Shown here: positions 52,801 to 64,000 of the stretch, piece by piece
Numbering within the stretch: position 1 is the stretch's first letter
How the letters are laid out: the number at the start of each line of letters is the position of its first letter
Assembly (NCBI GenBank): GCA_964247055.1
Contig: OZ176057.1
Span: 744,001 to 808,000 of the forward strand
Source of the DNA: Paragordius varius
Lineage: Eukaryota; Animalia; Nematomorpha
Direction: 5' to 3'
Length of the DNA stretch: 64,000 bases
The notes under the pieces: generated by a model
What the model was told of the DNA's origin: nothing
The model's input: only the letters and a program-made list of their open reading frames with translations
The model's database searches: none
Program-made: the position numbers and the translations under genes

Positions 52801-55352
52801 TTAAAAACCTGCATTTTAATCTCATACTGTATCGCTTTTCTGTATTTTTTTTAAAAGCATTAACCTTAGATTTTATCGAAAAAATTTATTTGTCAATGTA
52901 TAATCTATTTTTTTTCAAAACGTTTATTTAATATTAAAATAATAAATATAAAACTTGAGTTATAAAAAATGTTCGGCATCATCAATTAAACAGAATCTTT
53001 TTTGTTATCTTAAATTATTTTTATCATTGTTCCACCATTCTTTATAATAATATAAAAAATTTTTTTTACATAACTTATTGTGGCCAAATCTTTGCATTTA
53101 CCTAAAATTTTTAAGTTCGCATATATTTTATATGCATTTTAATAGTTGCTTGTTTCAAACTATAATTGGGCAATTTGGATTACAATAGTGTTTGGAATCA
53201 CAACAAAATGTTGAAAAAACTATTTTTTTAAATGCCAAGTATCAAATAATATAAGCAACCATTAAAATCCATACTGTTATACCTTTTTATTCATAATATA
53301 TTTTGATAACAAAGCATACTTTTATCAAATATTTATATTTAGCCATATATTTAAAATGAGATTTATTTTCAAATATAAATATCTATATATTTATAAAAAT
53401 GGAAAATGCTGGCTTTGTGATCTGGTACCGGAAAACCGGTAGACCCATTCAAATCCAAACATCGAAAAAATATAATCATTAATGATTGCCCCGACAATAG
53501 CTTCGCCCTTTTTTGAAATAGGCCCCCAGTTCGGGCCCATCCCGTGTGAAAAACGGTTTTTTTGAAACAGCACAAAAATCGTGTCTTTGAGACAATATTT
53601 TGGAGAACGTGTTGGATAATTCATTTTCAAATATGATTTTTGTTTATTTATTTTCGATTTCGCCGAACATAGTCGTCTCGCTTATTTAATTCAGGCCCTC
53701 TTTTTACCCGCTCCCCCCGCAAAATGCCATTTTTTTCAAAAAAACAAAATCCACAAAAATAATCTTTTAAATCTATTTTCCCCGCAAGTACACAATAAAT
53801 TAGTTTGAATGCACCGTTTTAAAATCCCTATGAGATCATGGCTATTAAATGTTTCGAAATAATCCACATATGTGGATCATTTTATTGTCTCTTTTTTCAG
53901 ATAACCCCCCCCCCCCTCCCAACAAAAAGTCCGAAGGACTTCCTCGAGCTGCGTAGCAGCACGAGATTTACGCTAGTATATATATATATAATATCTTTAT
54001 ATATGTACATAATATATAGATTTGTGCCAATGCCAGATTTATTTCTTATCAGATACTTTGTGCAATCGGTGTTTCCAAAAACAGCAAACCACAATTGATT
54101 ACAGATAAATTTCAATACGAAAATATGTTTAACAATTCATATTCATCATTCAATAAAATATTAAAAGGAAATATTGTAATGCAAACCAATGCCTTTGAAA
54201 ATTTAACCAAATCGCTGGTTGGCAGATAATAATTTGAAATATTAACTATATCATTTTAGAATTACAATAAATGAATTATTTGCATTATGCATTTCGATAT
54301 TATATAGCTATTATTTTTGTTGGGTTGGGGTCTTTCAACCCTCTTATGAATGCAGTACAGTATAAATTAAATTATATGGACAAAACATAAAAATATATAA
54401 TTTTTTTTCAAAACGATATACAATTTTTAACTTTCAAGATATCCATGTTTTTGCAAAGTAATAAAGTGTTAAGTGGTAAATCAATATCAATTATATAATG
54501 TAAGTTGTAATTTAATAGTAATATAGAGAAAATTAAGGTTTAAAAAGTATGATTGTGTTTTGAAAAAATTTTCTCTTTTAGTTTTAAAGCTTTGCTACCA
54601 ATTTTTACTATAATGATATTATGATTTATGTTGGGTCCGGTTAATGCAAATAGTGTTTTCCAAAGGATGAGAATATCCACAAAAAATCTAAAATAATTTA
54701 ATGAAATAATAAAATTATCAATTGTTGGCTTTAAGACAATAATTTTAACAGCAGATAAAGTTTTGATTTCATATTCCAAAGCGTTGTAAAAACATTCAAA
54801 AATATACCAACTATAGTCTCACACCTTTTTTAGATAAGCATCTTAATTAATCCGGCCTGAGTGATATTGAAGATTTTCAAGGTTCCCGAAATTCGTGTAT
54901 TTTAATTCTGAAACATATGTTGGTTAATCCATAATCAATTATATTTAACATTTATAATGCGCCGAACGTAGTCACCTGTTTACGTTTTAATTAAGCTCCT
55001 GTCTTGTCTGTATTTAGACTAAGAAATTTTCTTATCTGATACACCATCAGAAAAAACTAAAGTGAGTGACTCTCTACCCTATTTTTCCGGAAATGGTACA
55101 AGATCTAGCGAATTTAATATTTACTATTTCAAAACAAAAATTTAGTCAAAGTTTTTTAAAATGGTAAGGGCCGAACCCATGTTGACATGCTTGATTAAAA
55201 TAACTAAGCCTTTATCTTTACCAATTAGGATCGCAAATGAAGTAAGTTAGATGCTGTATAAATTAATCAAACGCTTTTAAACTAATTTTTAAGTTAGTGC
55301 TAAACATTAGTCACGTCACCTATAATATTAACGTTACTGAGAACATTTCTTC
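47602..55352 (+). CDS. Candidate small-exon gene (or two genes), product unknown, model incomplete
   Basis: Phase-consistent chain A: 47602-47658, 47760-47828, 48969-48982, 49048-49118, 50003-50064, 52235-52290, 52486-52549, 52635-52655. Chain B: 54020-54175, 55018-55061, 55146-55163, 55229-55241, 55294-55352. Several donors are GTAAGT/GTGAGT/GTAAGG and the exons coincide with GC-richer islands. No start, stop or A-B junction was closed. Confidence 0.4.
48162..48439. mobile_element. hAT-type MITE, degenerate
   Basis: CAGGGG...ACACCCCTG ends. The interior (ATATGGGC.TTAACAAATATT...TTTTAACATTT..GCTAG) is shared with 50791-51072. Confidence 0.55.
50791..51072. mobile_element. hAT-type MITE, same family as 48162
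   Basis: CAGGGTGTCCAACA ... TGTTGAACACCCTTG inverted ends. Confidence 0.6.
53382..53976 (+). mobile_element. Complete non-autonomous Helitron, short form (595 bp)
   Basis: A|TCTATATATTTATAAAAATGG 5' end. 3' hairpin CTCGAGCTGCGTAGCAGCACGAG (53943-53965), then ATTTACG, CTAG (53973-53976) and |T(AT)n. Confidence 0.85.
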
Positions 55353-55641
55353 GTAAAGCTTCGAGTTAAAATACAAAATTTTAGTCAAACATTTTGTAAA
55401 ATATTTTTAGTCAAGGGCCTTTTTAATTTAGCATATGATTAGATAAACATAATAAAATAATCTATTAGATGACATTTTTTATTTATTCCAACTTTTATCA
55501 ATTTACAATATTTTGACTGAGCCACACTCTAAATAATAATAAAAAAGATATTAGAAATGAGTTGATGTAAAAACTGTACACAACATAAATATTATAAACG
55601 TAGAGTAAAAATCACGTATATAACATTTAAAAAAGCTAAGC

Positions 55642-55890
55642 CAGGTGTGTCCAACGTGCAGGCCTGCGAGACTTTGTGTGTGGTCCATGAAAAATTTGGA
55701 AATCCATAATTTTTAAAAACATACTCATAAAATTTTAATAAATTTTATATTTCCCAGACAATATTCATAAATGAATTTGTCCAATTGGCACTCATTTGAT
55801 AAAGTTGTTATACTGCCTTTATTCCTATGTACGCATAAATTATCTTTGATGCAGCTGGCCGTATTTTTTCAGTTAAATGCGGCCTGCGAA
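55642..55890. mobile_element. hAT-type MITE relic
   Basis: CAGGTGTGTCCAACGTGCAGGCCTGCG left end and internal GCGGCCTGCG; the right end was not identified. Confidence 0.35.
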
Positions 55891-57619
55891 GCTATTTGTG
55901 TTTCTGATCTAAACGATTAAACAAATATATAAAAGTATATTCTTTTTTTCAGATTATACAAACTAAAAACCTTGTCATTGTAAAATATTTATTACTAATG
56001 TTTGCTTAAAATAAACAATTATATAACCTTGGCAATGTCAAAAAAACGATACATCTTATTTCTGTGAAAATATTTTTAGATCAACCTTGATATATAGTAT
56101 CACGATGATTGTTCAATATATGATTTTATTAAAACTTTGTTCAAAAAAAGGCAATTTTTTCCCAAATATATATTGCAAAGTATTTTCATATAAATATTAA
56201 GCAGGGTAACACAGGCTTAGTGGGACGGTGTTGTTACTAGATTTAAACCGATAAACAAAATTAAGCAAAAAATATGTTTTTTTCCAAATGGATACTCATA
56301 TTCAAATAACTTTCTTAGAAGTATATCAATTTTACTAAGATTACATGATCATATTTTTGTCGATTGTGCTTTTCCATATAATTTGCAAGCCGTGCGTGTT
56401 AAGTGGGCCGCATACTGACACCATGCTTTATAGACTCTTTATTTTAATATTTTTATTTCTAATTTTGCAAATTTTCATAAAAACACGGTATAAAACAATT
56501 TAAATTATGTTTAACCTAAAATTCTAATATCCTCTAAAATATTTATTATTTGTGTTAGTTATAAAGCATAAAACTTCGTATTAAAATAAGATATTACCTA
56601 AACAAATAATTTTCATATTTGTGATACTCATGTTTGTTTTGACCCAAACAATCTATTTTTGGATGATAGTTCCATTTATGATGGGTTAAGTAAATTTAAA
56701 CAAATGTATAAGTACAGCGACTACACTTGTTAAAATATTTTTTTTTATTTATTTTAACAAATCTAAATTTTAAAAATGAATATTCTATTTATCCTATTGA
56801 TTGGAATAGCAATCCTCGCAAATGTCACCTCTTTGATATCAAGTATATTGCAGCAATTTTACTAATAGTGTTTTACAAGGTTCCATTTATAACAGTAAAA
56901 ATTGAAATTATAGAGACAGTTGTAAAAAACTAATTTAATATTTCAACTTAATTATTTAAACAAAACTTTTCGATTTGGGTTCGAAATAAGAATTAGATTT
57001 ATGAATTGGTAAACAGATATCATATCTTCTTTGTAATTTTATAAAAAAACTAAGGTTAAAAAAGTAAAGTATGGATCTTTAAAAATTGACTTTCGAGTTT
57101 AATTGTTTTTTGTATCATTTTATTTATTCACCAATTTTTTTAAATATATACTAAAATTTAATATTAACTAAAAGTATTTTTAAAAATGCATAGTTTTTTT
57201 CAAAAATTAAATTTTTAGCAAATATTACATACTGAGTCATGTTGAAAACGGTTTATAAACGCTATTAGATATTATAAAAAACACTCTATCTATATAATTC
57301 AATATTGCTGAACATTAATGTTGTTTCAGAATTTAATTAATATATTTTTATCTTCAAATTTTTTGAATAAAAATGAATATACAAAAATGCACCAAAATAT
57401 TTATGCAAACGAACATCTAATTTAAAATTTTGAGGCAAAAGAATTCTTCAACATATTTAGAAAATTTATATCATATTTGAAAGCGTTTTTCGGCCGTTTC
57501 CATCATGACTTATAATAGTATAAGCTTCAAATAATTTGCTAGAAATCGAATTTTGAAAAAAGTATGCATTCATTAAAATATTTTTAGTTGATATCAAAAT
57601 TTAGCGTTCATATAAAATT

Positions 57620-57890
57620 TATCGCGCAAATTGATTTTGCGCTTATTTTAAAATGAATAGCAAATTATAAGATCAAAAAAATAGGGACTTTCGGAGCCTA
57701 CAAATTATGATTTTTTGAATAATTTTTTTTGTGCTTTTTATATGTAGTTTATGAAATATTTAAGTGATATTTTTGGAATCAAGCCTCTAGCTTTCATCAA
57801 AAAAAATAATTAAAAAAATATGCGCAAATTTTGCCATTTTCTGATATGGACCACTAACCAGTAAACTGATAACTTTTTTAAGGGCCAAAA
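57620..57890. repeat. Dispersed repeat, homologous to 7250-7520
   Basis: Reverse-complement match of three sequence blocks (see 7250). Boundaries approximate. Confidence 0.5.
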
Positions 57891-58798
57891 CCGAGAGATA
57901 TATTGCAACTATTTAGTTTATAATTCGAAATTCCATTTTTAAAATAGGTTCCTTTCGAAATACCAATTTATATGTTTTACATATATATTAATTTGCACTT
58001 AGAGCCCATTACTAATGATCAACAATATAGAAGAAGTCGTTTCTTAAAATGTGAAACCAAACCAGGTTATTATAATGACTTATTTTACGAAAAAAATTAA
58101 AAGTTATTAATTTTAAAATTTTAAAACATTGGTTATTTTAATTATTTTACATATAAAAACACGTTTCCTAAACAACGTTAAACGTGCCAAGTTAGTATTT
58201 AATTTAAATTTTAATTAATGAATGTTTGCATAAAATTTACAAAAATACAACTTTTGTCATTCAAAATTCAACCGACTCAAAAATTATATCATACTTAACA
58301 TCTGAATACATTTTCTAAGGACAATCGTTTTCATATCTAATACTTTATTTTAATTTTAAAGGCATATTGAATGTATTTTTTGATTTAATTCTCAATGTTA
58401 CTGATATTTAATTATGTATAAAAATTTTCATTTGTAGGGATATTATTTTTCAATTAATTCCACTAATTTTTTGAATCAAAACTAATTATATTGCAATCTA
58501 ATAAATAAAGTAACTATGAAAAATTAATATTTTTTATTTATTTGCAACAATAAGAGTTAAATTGATATTGGATGTTAGTTTTAATAGATAAAAAGGTATA
58601 TGTTTTAAAAATTTAGCTTTCATATTAGGTCTTTAAAAACATTAGTTTAATCATATTATGTATTTACAGCTGAAATCGAATATACTCCCAAGCCATCTAA
58701 ACATCAAGAGTCATGTCAACAATTAACACAAAAGCTATTGGAAATTGAAACTTGCGAAAATATAACGTAAATAATTTTGCCAATTTTAATTTTATATA

Positions 58799-59086
58799 CA
58801 GTAAAACTTGAAAACTATATGGACAAAATGTAAAATATAAAGACAACATTTTTTTGCAAAAGACAACCATATTTTTTTAAACTTTAATTTATCCTATAGA
58901 AAACATTTAATTACAAGCGTAAAATACATAATTAATTGTTAAAAATTTCCATATCCATATTATACTTTGTCGCTTAAAACAATGAATTATATTTAATAAA
59001 ATTTAAAAAAAGTATGATTATTTTTTATAAAAAAATATTTGTATTTATATTATCACGTTTTGTCCGTATAATTTCAATTTTTACTG
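58799..59086. mobile_element. Tc1/mariner-type MITE (CAGTAAAAATTG family), 288 bp
   Basis: TA|CAGTAAAAC...TTTTTACTG|TA with long TIRs and TA on both sides. Confidence 0.85.
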
Positions 59087-59167
59087 TAACAATTATTTAA
59101 TTCAATTTGGCTTTTCACCTCAGAGTGATTTAATATTTAGGTAACAGTAAACAGTAATTAAATAGAC

Positions 59168-60269
59168 TAGGGGCGGGCAAACGGTAGTCCGCGGTCGACT
59201 TCATGATTGCTTAAAAATTTTTTACAATGTAAAAGACATTTTGCATAGATTTTTTTCCACCAATTTATAAATAATCTTTATTAACTTATTTTAATGTTGC
59301 GTTTGAAAAATTTTACTTATCAACAAAAATAAGCTAATACATTATTTTTTAAAATATTTATTTTATAAAAAAGTGAGCAGATTCAGAATAGTTTGATAGA
59401 CTTAATACCACCGTATATTATTCCAACTTTAAATCATTTGTTATCCTTAAAAGTAGTTTGAATTTAGCAAAAAACAGAATTAGGTATCCTTTAAACTTAT
59501 ATTATTTAATTAAATTAAAGCGAAAAATTGCTAATATTTTGTATAGAAATGATCGAGAAAAAGATTATTTTTTTATAATGAATAATAATATAGGCAAGTT
59601 TTCTAAAAAGCAAATGTCCAAAAACATTTTTCTACGCTTCACATAAATTATCAATAATTCATATTCGCAAATCAAAAATCAAGATAAAAGGGCAATTATA
59701 TGCTCACAAATAGTGCATAATCAAAAAATCCATAATTACATCTTACATATCAATCGCAACAAATCTTTTCAGAACAGGGAAAGAAACTTGGAAAGATGTT
59801 TATTAATTAAGCTCAAAGCTGTTCGCAAATTATGAAGACAAAAAGAATTTTATAGAATCAATAGAGAACTTATCTTCATTTAGCGGCACAATTATGCGGA
59901 GAGGTAAAGATCAGAATCTTACCGATATTTTGCATGAAAAGATTAAATCTTGTATTTTTTTCGCTTCAAATTGACGAATCCACCGATTATGTTTGGATTG
60001 CTTTATTATGCGTTTTTTGTACTGATTATGGCAACCAGAGGTCTTCTGAAACATTATTTATGCGTTTTGATAATATTAAGATTACCTATAAAAAAAACTG
60101 CTAAAATTATTTTAAAATAGCTTGTGCCAGTCAGCAGTGGAGACGTAAATGAAAATATTTGCATCATTTGTGTTGAAGTGATAAATGAATTTTTCATTAC
60201 TTAATATTCATACATGCTGCTCGAGTGCATCCCAAAAAAGTAGCTTGCTGTAAAAAATGGCCACCACTG
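59168..60269. mobile_element. Old hAT-type element, about 1.1 kb
   Basis: TAGGGGCGGGC / GGCCACCACTG imperfect TIRs with 8-bp flanks AAATAGAC / AAATAAAC (7 of 8 identical). Confidence 0.55.
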
Positions 60270-61338
60270 AAATAAACAAGACGGAAAAACAAAGTCACTT
60301 TTAAAAAGACAACATATTTCTTACATAAACTATATTATTTGTATATTTAATTTTTTTTATCATACATCTCTAATCCCCAGTTTTCATTAAACGATGAGAT
60401 ATTTTAAAACAGAATTATGTTTCAAAGTATAAGGAAGTTTAATAAAAAAATACGGTAAATAATCAAATTTACGGTCAAAAAGTAACATAAAGTCAAACAT
60501 ATTTTACCATGTTTATCTAAATATAATTCATTGTTTATGATTGCAAAGTGTATATTGGTAACATAATTAATTATTTATTTTCATATTGTAATTAAATACA
60601 ATGTATAGAGGAATGTGTAAGGTTGTCTTTTGAATAAAAACATGTGTCATTATATTTTAACGTTTTGTCCGTATGATTTTGATTTAAGTGCATGTTTTGT
60701 TTACGTTGTGTTTGTATAATTTTTTGTTTTATGGAAAAAAAGTAAAAACAGAATTCTATCATCTCAGATTACCAATTTTATACAGAATTTTCAAATTATA
60801 AATTGTTATAAACATTTTAAACCTTTATTCCGTATTTTTTTTAATTGCTTAAAATATTGGCAATATATATGATTAATAACCTAATTAACATATATCTCTA
60901 CAATTCATTTTGTAAGCAATTCGATGAATTTTATTATGTGTTAATTGTGATTTAAAAAATCTAAATTACAGATTTTAGAAGCTTTTTGTTTGAAGGGTGT
61001 TTTTAAATACATAAATCCGTGTTATTTTTTAGAATTTTTTTTAGTATATTATTATTTTAAATATTTATCCCAAAATATATATACCTTAAATTTTTCAATG
61101 ATTACATTATAATTCAGATTGACGGAATCACAAATGGCAACGATAAGTTTAGCCTACCCCGTAATACGATCTGATGGTATATAAAATTTATACAATTTGA
61201 AAATTTAACAAAAGGCCTATAATTAGCTATTAAGAGCTGTTTTAGAGAAGTTTATTATCAACTAATAATTTGATCTTGTTCAAGATATTTGTGCCAATAT
61301 GATAAATTAGTTATTTAACATTTTTTTAAAAAGAATTA

Positions 61339-61620
61339 CAGTAAAAATAGAAATCATACGGACAAAACGTGTAATATAAAAGACCTTATCATTTTTTAAA
61401 AAACAACTATATTTTTTAATCTTGTTTAAAAATATAACCCATTGTTAAACTACAAAGTATATAGAAATGTAAATTGGTAACACAACTAATTATGTATTTT
61501 ACGATTGTAATTAAATAATTTTTGTAGGATAAAATGAGGTTAAAAAAAGTATGGTTGTTTTTTGAAAAAAAAATATGTCTTTATATTTTTACATATTGTC
61601 CGTATAATTTCAATAATAGT
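61339..61620. mobile_element. Tc1/mariner-type MITE (CAGTAAAAATTG family)
   Basis: TA|CAGTAAAAATAGAAATCATACGGACAAAACG is mirrored by TTGTCCGTATAATTTCAAT. Confidence 0.75.
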
Positions 61621-61903
61621 AAAAACAAAACCTTAATATATATTCAAAAATTTTCAAAATTTAAATGACTAAATAATCAATATTCAAAAATATTTGATCA
61701 TATCACATGAAATATTTATTTTACTCTGTGATAATAAAAAAATGGTTTCGCTATAACCTATGTATTAAAATTTTATAATTTTATTAGATAATTTGATAAA
61801 TTTAATACGTGATACCAAAAATTACTTTATTTGAAAAAATATTGTTTTTGTAATAATATATTCGTTTAGGATACATATAAATTATATTAAAGTATCTAAA
61901 TTT

Positions 61904-61934
<31 letters not shown>

Positions 61935-62289
61935 AATCTAAAAAGGAAACATCTTTTATTAAATAATTTTTAATTTAAAATTAAAATATACATTAATATT
62001 TCCATCTGTTTACAGGTCAAACAAAGTTTGCTACATGGATTAGAAATCGTTTTTATATTGAAGATGGATTAAAAAATGAAACATTTTGGGTATTTTATTA
62101 ACACTTGGATAGAACACATTCATTTCATTCCTTTGATTTAAATTGGGATAGTTGGATACCCCCGGCCTGATTAAAATTAAATACTTAAAAAATATATAAT
62201 TGAAATATTACTTATTTTAAGGTATAATCCAAAGGTAGAAATTTATGATATATATGCATAAGTCTAAATAAAGTGGTTCTTATTCAAAG

Positions 62290-64000
62290 AGATTAAAAAG
62301 TATAAGGGAGAAATTATCCGAAAAAAGGCAGGCCTTTATAAATGAAATACGGTTATCCGAGGATGGTGGGTTAAATGGTGATTGGGATAAAGTAATTCAG
62401 TTAATCAAAAAGGCAGGAACTCTAGTTTGTGGATTAAAAGGCGGAAAATCTCAAGTATACAGAGAGGCTTGGCTTTACGATGAACGAATAATATTGATGT
62501 CACGAGAAAAAGGTAAGGCTTTTGACAAATGGAGACATACAAGGAATGATGATGATAGAGATAAGTATAAAAGTTTAAATAAGGAATTGAAAAAATTAGT
62601 CGGCCAGGTTAAAGAAAGAAAAGATGAATTTGTTTTATGATGAGTTAAATAGTAAGCAGGGTTTAAACAAAGTGTATAAAGTTGCGCAGCAAAGGAATAA
62701 ACGGAGAATGGATTGCCAGGTTATGCGACTGCAATAAAAGGAAAAGATGGAAGCTTGTTGTGCGAAAATGTAGAAATATTAAAAAGATGAAAAGAGTACT
62801 TTGTGAGTTTAGATGAAGGGGTAGGCGAGATATTTTTGCCAAATACAGTTGAAGCTACTGATAGACCAATAGAAGCAATTACACAAAAGGAAGTAGAATC
62901 CAATTTGTTAGAAATGGCAAACAACAAGGCTGTAGGATCGGACGACATAAATATAAATTGTTGAAAAGTGCTTGGAAACTCTGGATTAAATTTTTTGGAG
63001 CGTGTATTTAATAAAGTTGTTTCAGCTTATGAAATCCCGGTTGAATGGAAGGAAAGTTTAACTGTGCCTTTATTCAAAGGAAAATGTGATATAAATGAAT
63101 GTAGTAACGATAGAGGGATAAAACTAATGTCGCACATCATGAAATTTAAAGAAATAATTGAAAAGCGAATCAGGAAAATGATATCTGAAGGAAATCAATT
63201 TGGTTTCATGCCAGGAAAGTCAACAGTAGATCCTATGCATGCGGTTAGGAGGTTGATTGAAAAACACATTGAAAAAAGAAAAAATTACACGTTACACGGG
63301 GTTTTAATTAACATAGTGAAGGCGTTTGACAGAATTCCTAGATAAACTATTTGGTGGAGTCTCCGTCGTAAAAAGGTGCCAAAAGTTTATATTAAGTTGT
63401 TACAAATTATGTAGGAATCCCACACCTCCAGGATTAAAACCCCACAAGGTTTATCAGAGCCCTTTTCAATAGAGCATGGAGTCTACCAAGGCTCATCACT
63501 CAGCCCCTTATTGTTTATAATTTGTATGGACGAGGTAGCCAAGGTTGTTAATGTGCAGGATGGTACTTAATGTATGCAGATGACATAATCATCTTGTCTG
63601 ATTCAATAATTGAGTTAAAAACGGTAAACAGATGGGTTGTTATGCTGGATTAATATGGTCTGAAAGTAAACAAAGCAAAAACCAACTTATTACTTTTGGG
63701 GGTCCACAACATGAAATGGTAGTTGATGATAGTTGTTCTGAAGGGTAAAGAAAGTTGCAAATATCTGCAGATGGTTTGTTGACTGATGATATTAATTTAA
63801 GAATAAAGAGCAGCTGGGTAAATTGGAAGAAAATTTCGAGCATGTTATGCGATCGAAATATTGATGTTAGAGTGAAAGGTAAGATTTACAGTTCAGTTGT
63901 CCAGCTCTCAATGATGTATCATTCACAGACTTGGAGTGTCAAAATCCGAAGAAAGACATTTTAACGTAATGAAATGAAAATGCTCAGAATGATGTGTGTG
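62290..64000 (+). mobile_element. Decayed RTE-clade non-LTR retrotransposon (LINE), reverse-transcriptase region, running off the window
   Basis: KAVGSDDI; EWKESLTVPLFKGK...RGIKLMSH; QFGFMPGKSTVD; KAFDRIPR; GVYQGSSLSPLLF; YADD; WKKISSMLCDR. Many stops and frameshifts. The left boundary is approximate. Confidence 0.9.

Noticed and set aside
1-64000. Alternative genetic code, organellar insertion or telomeric repeats
   Set aside because: All gene models read in the standard code, with stops falling only in introns or at termini. No mitochondrial genes or telomere arrays were seen.

Overview
This is strongly AT-rich eukaryotic DNA with spliceosomal GT-AG introns, most plausibly from an invertebrate animal; the taxon cannot be fixed from sequence alone. 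There is no rRNA, tRNA or CRISPR array. All gene models were spliced by hand. (1) The 3' part of a class A GPCR (TM4-TM7, 3558-6793, +) with a very long second extracellular loop. (2) A head-to-head pair of paralogous secreted proteins sharing a core of two lustrin-type Cys-rich domains plus a WAP domain (9625-16087, -; 19768-24196, +). (3) A 14-exon secreted-protein gene that the ORF track misses entirely (34882-39864, -). All of its internal exons are symmetric phase 1 and five are 12-15 nt micro-exons, an architecture like schistosome micro-exon genes. (4) A less certain small-exon gene on + (about 47.6-55.4 kb). The rest is transposon-derived: a non-autonomous Helitron family (four loci), a decayed Ty3/gypsy element nested in one Helitron, a hAT/Buster deletion derivative, many MITEs, and a decayed RTE-type LINE running off the right edge. 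The best candidate for something undescribed is the micro-exon gene at 34.9-39.9 kb.
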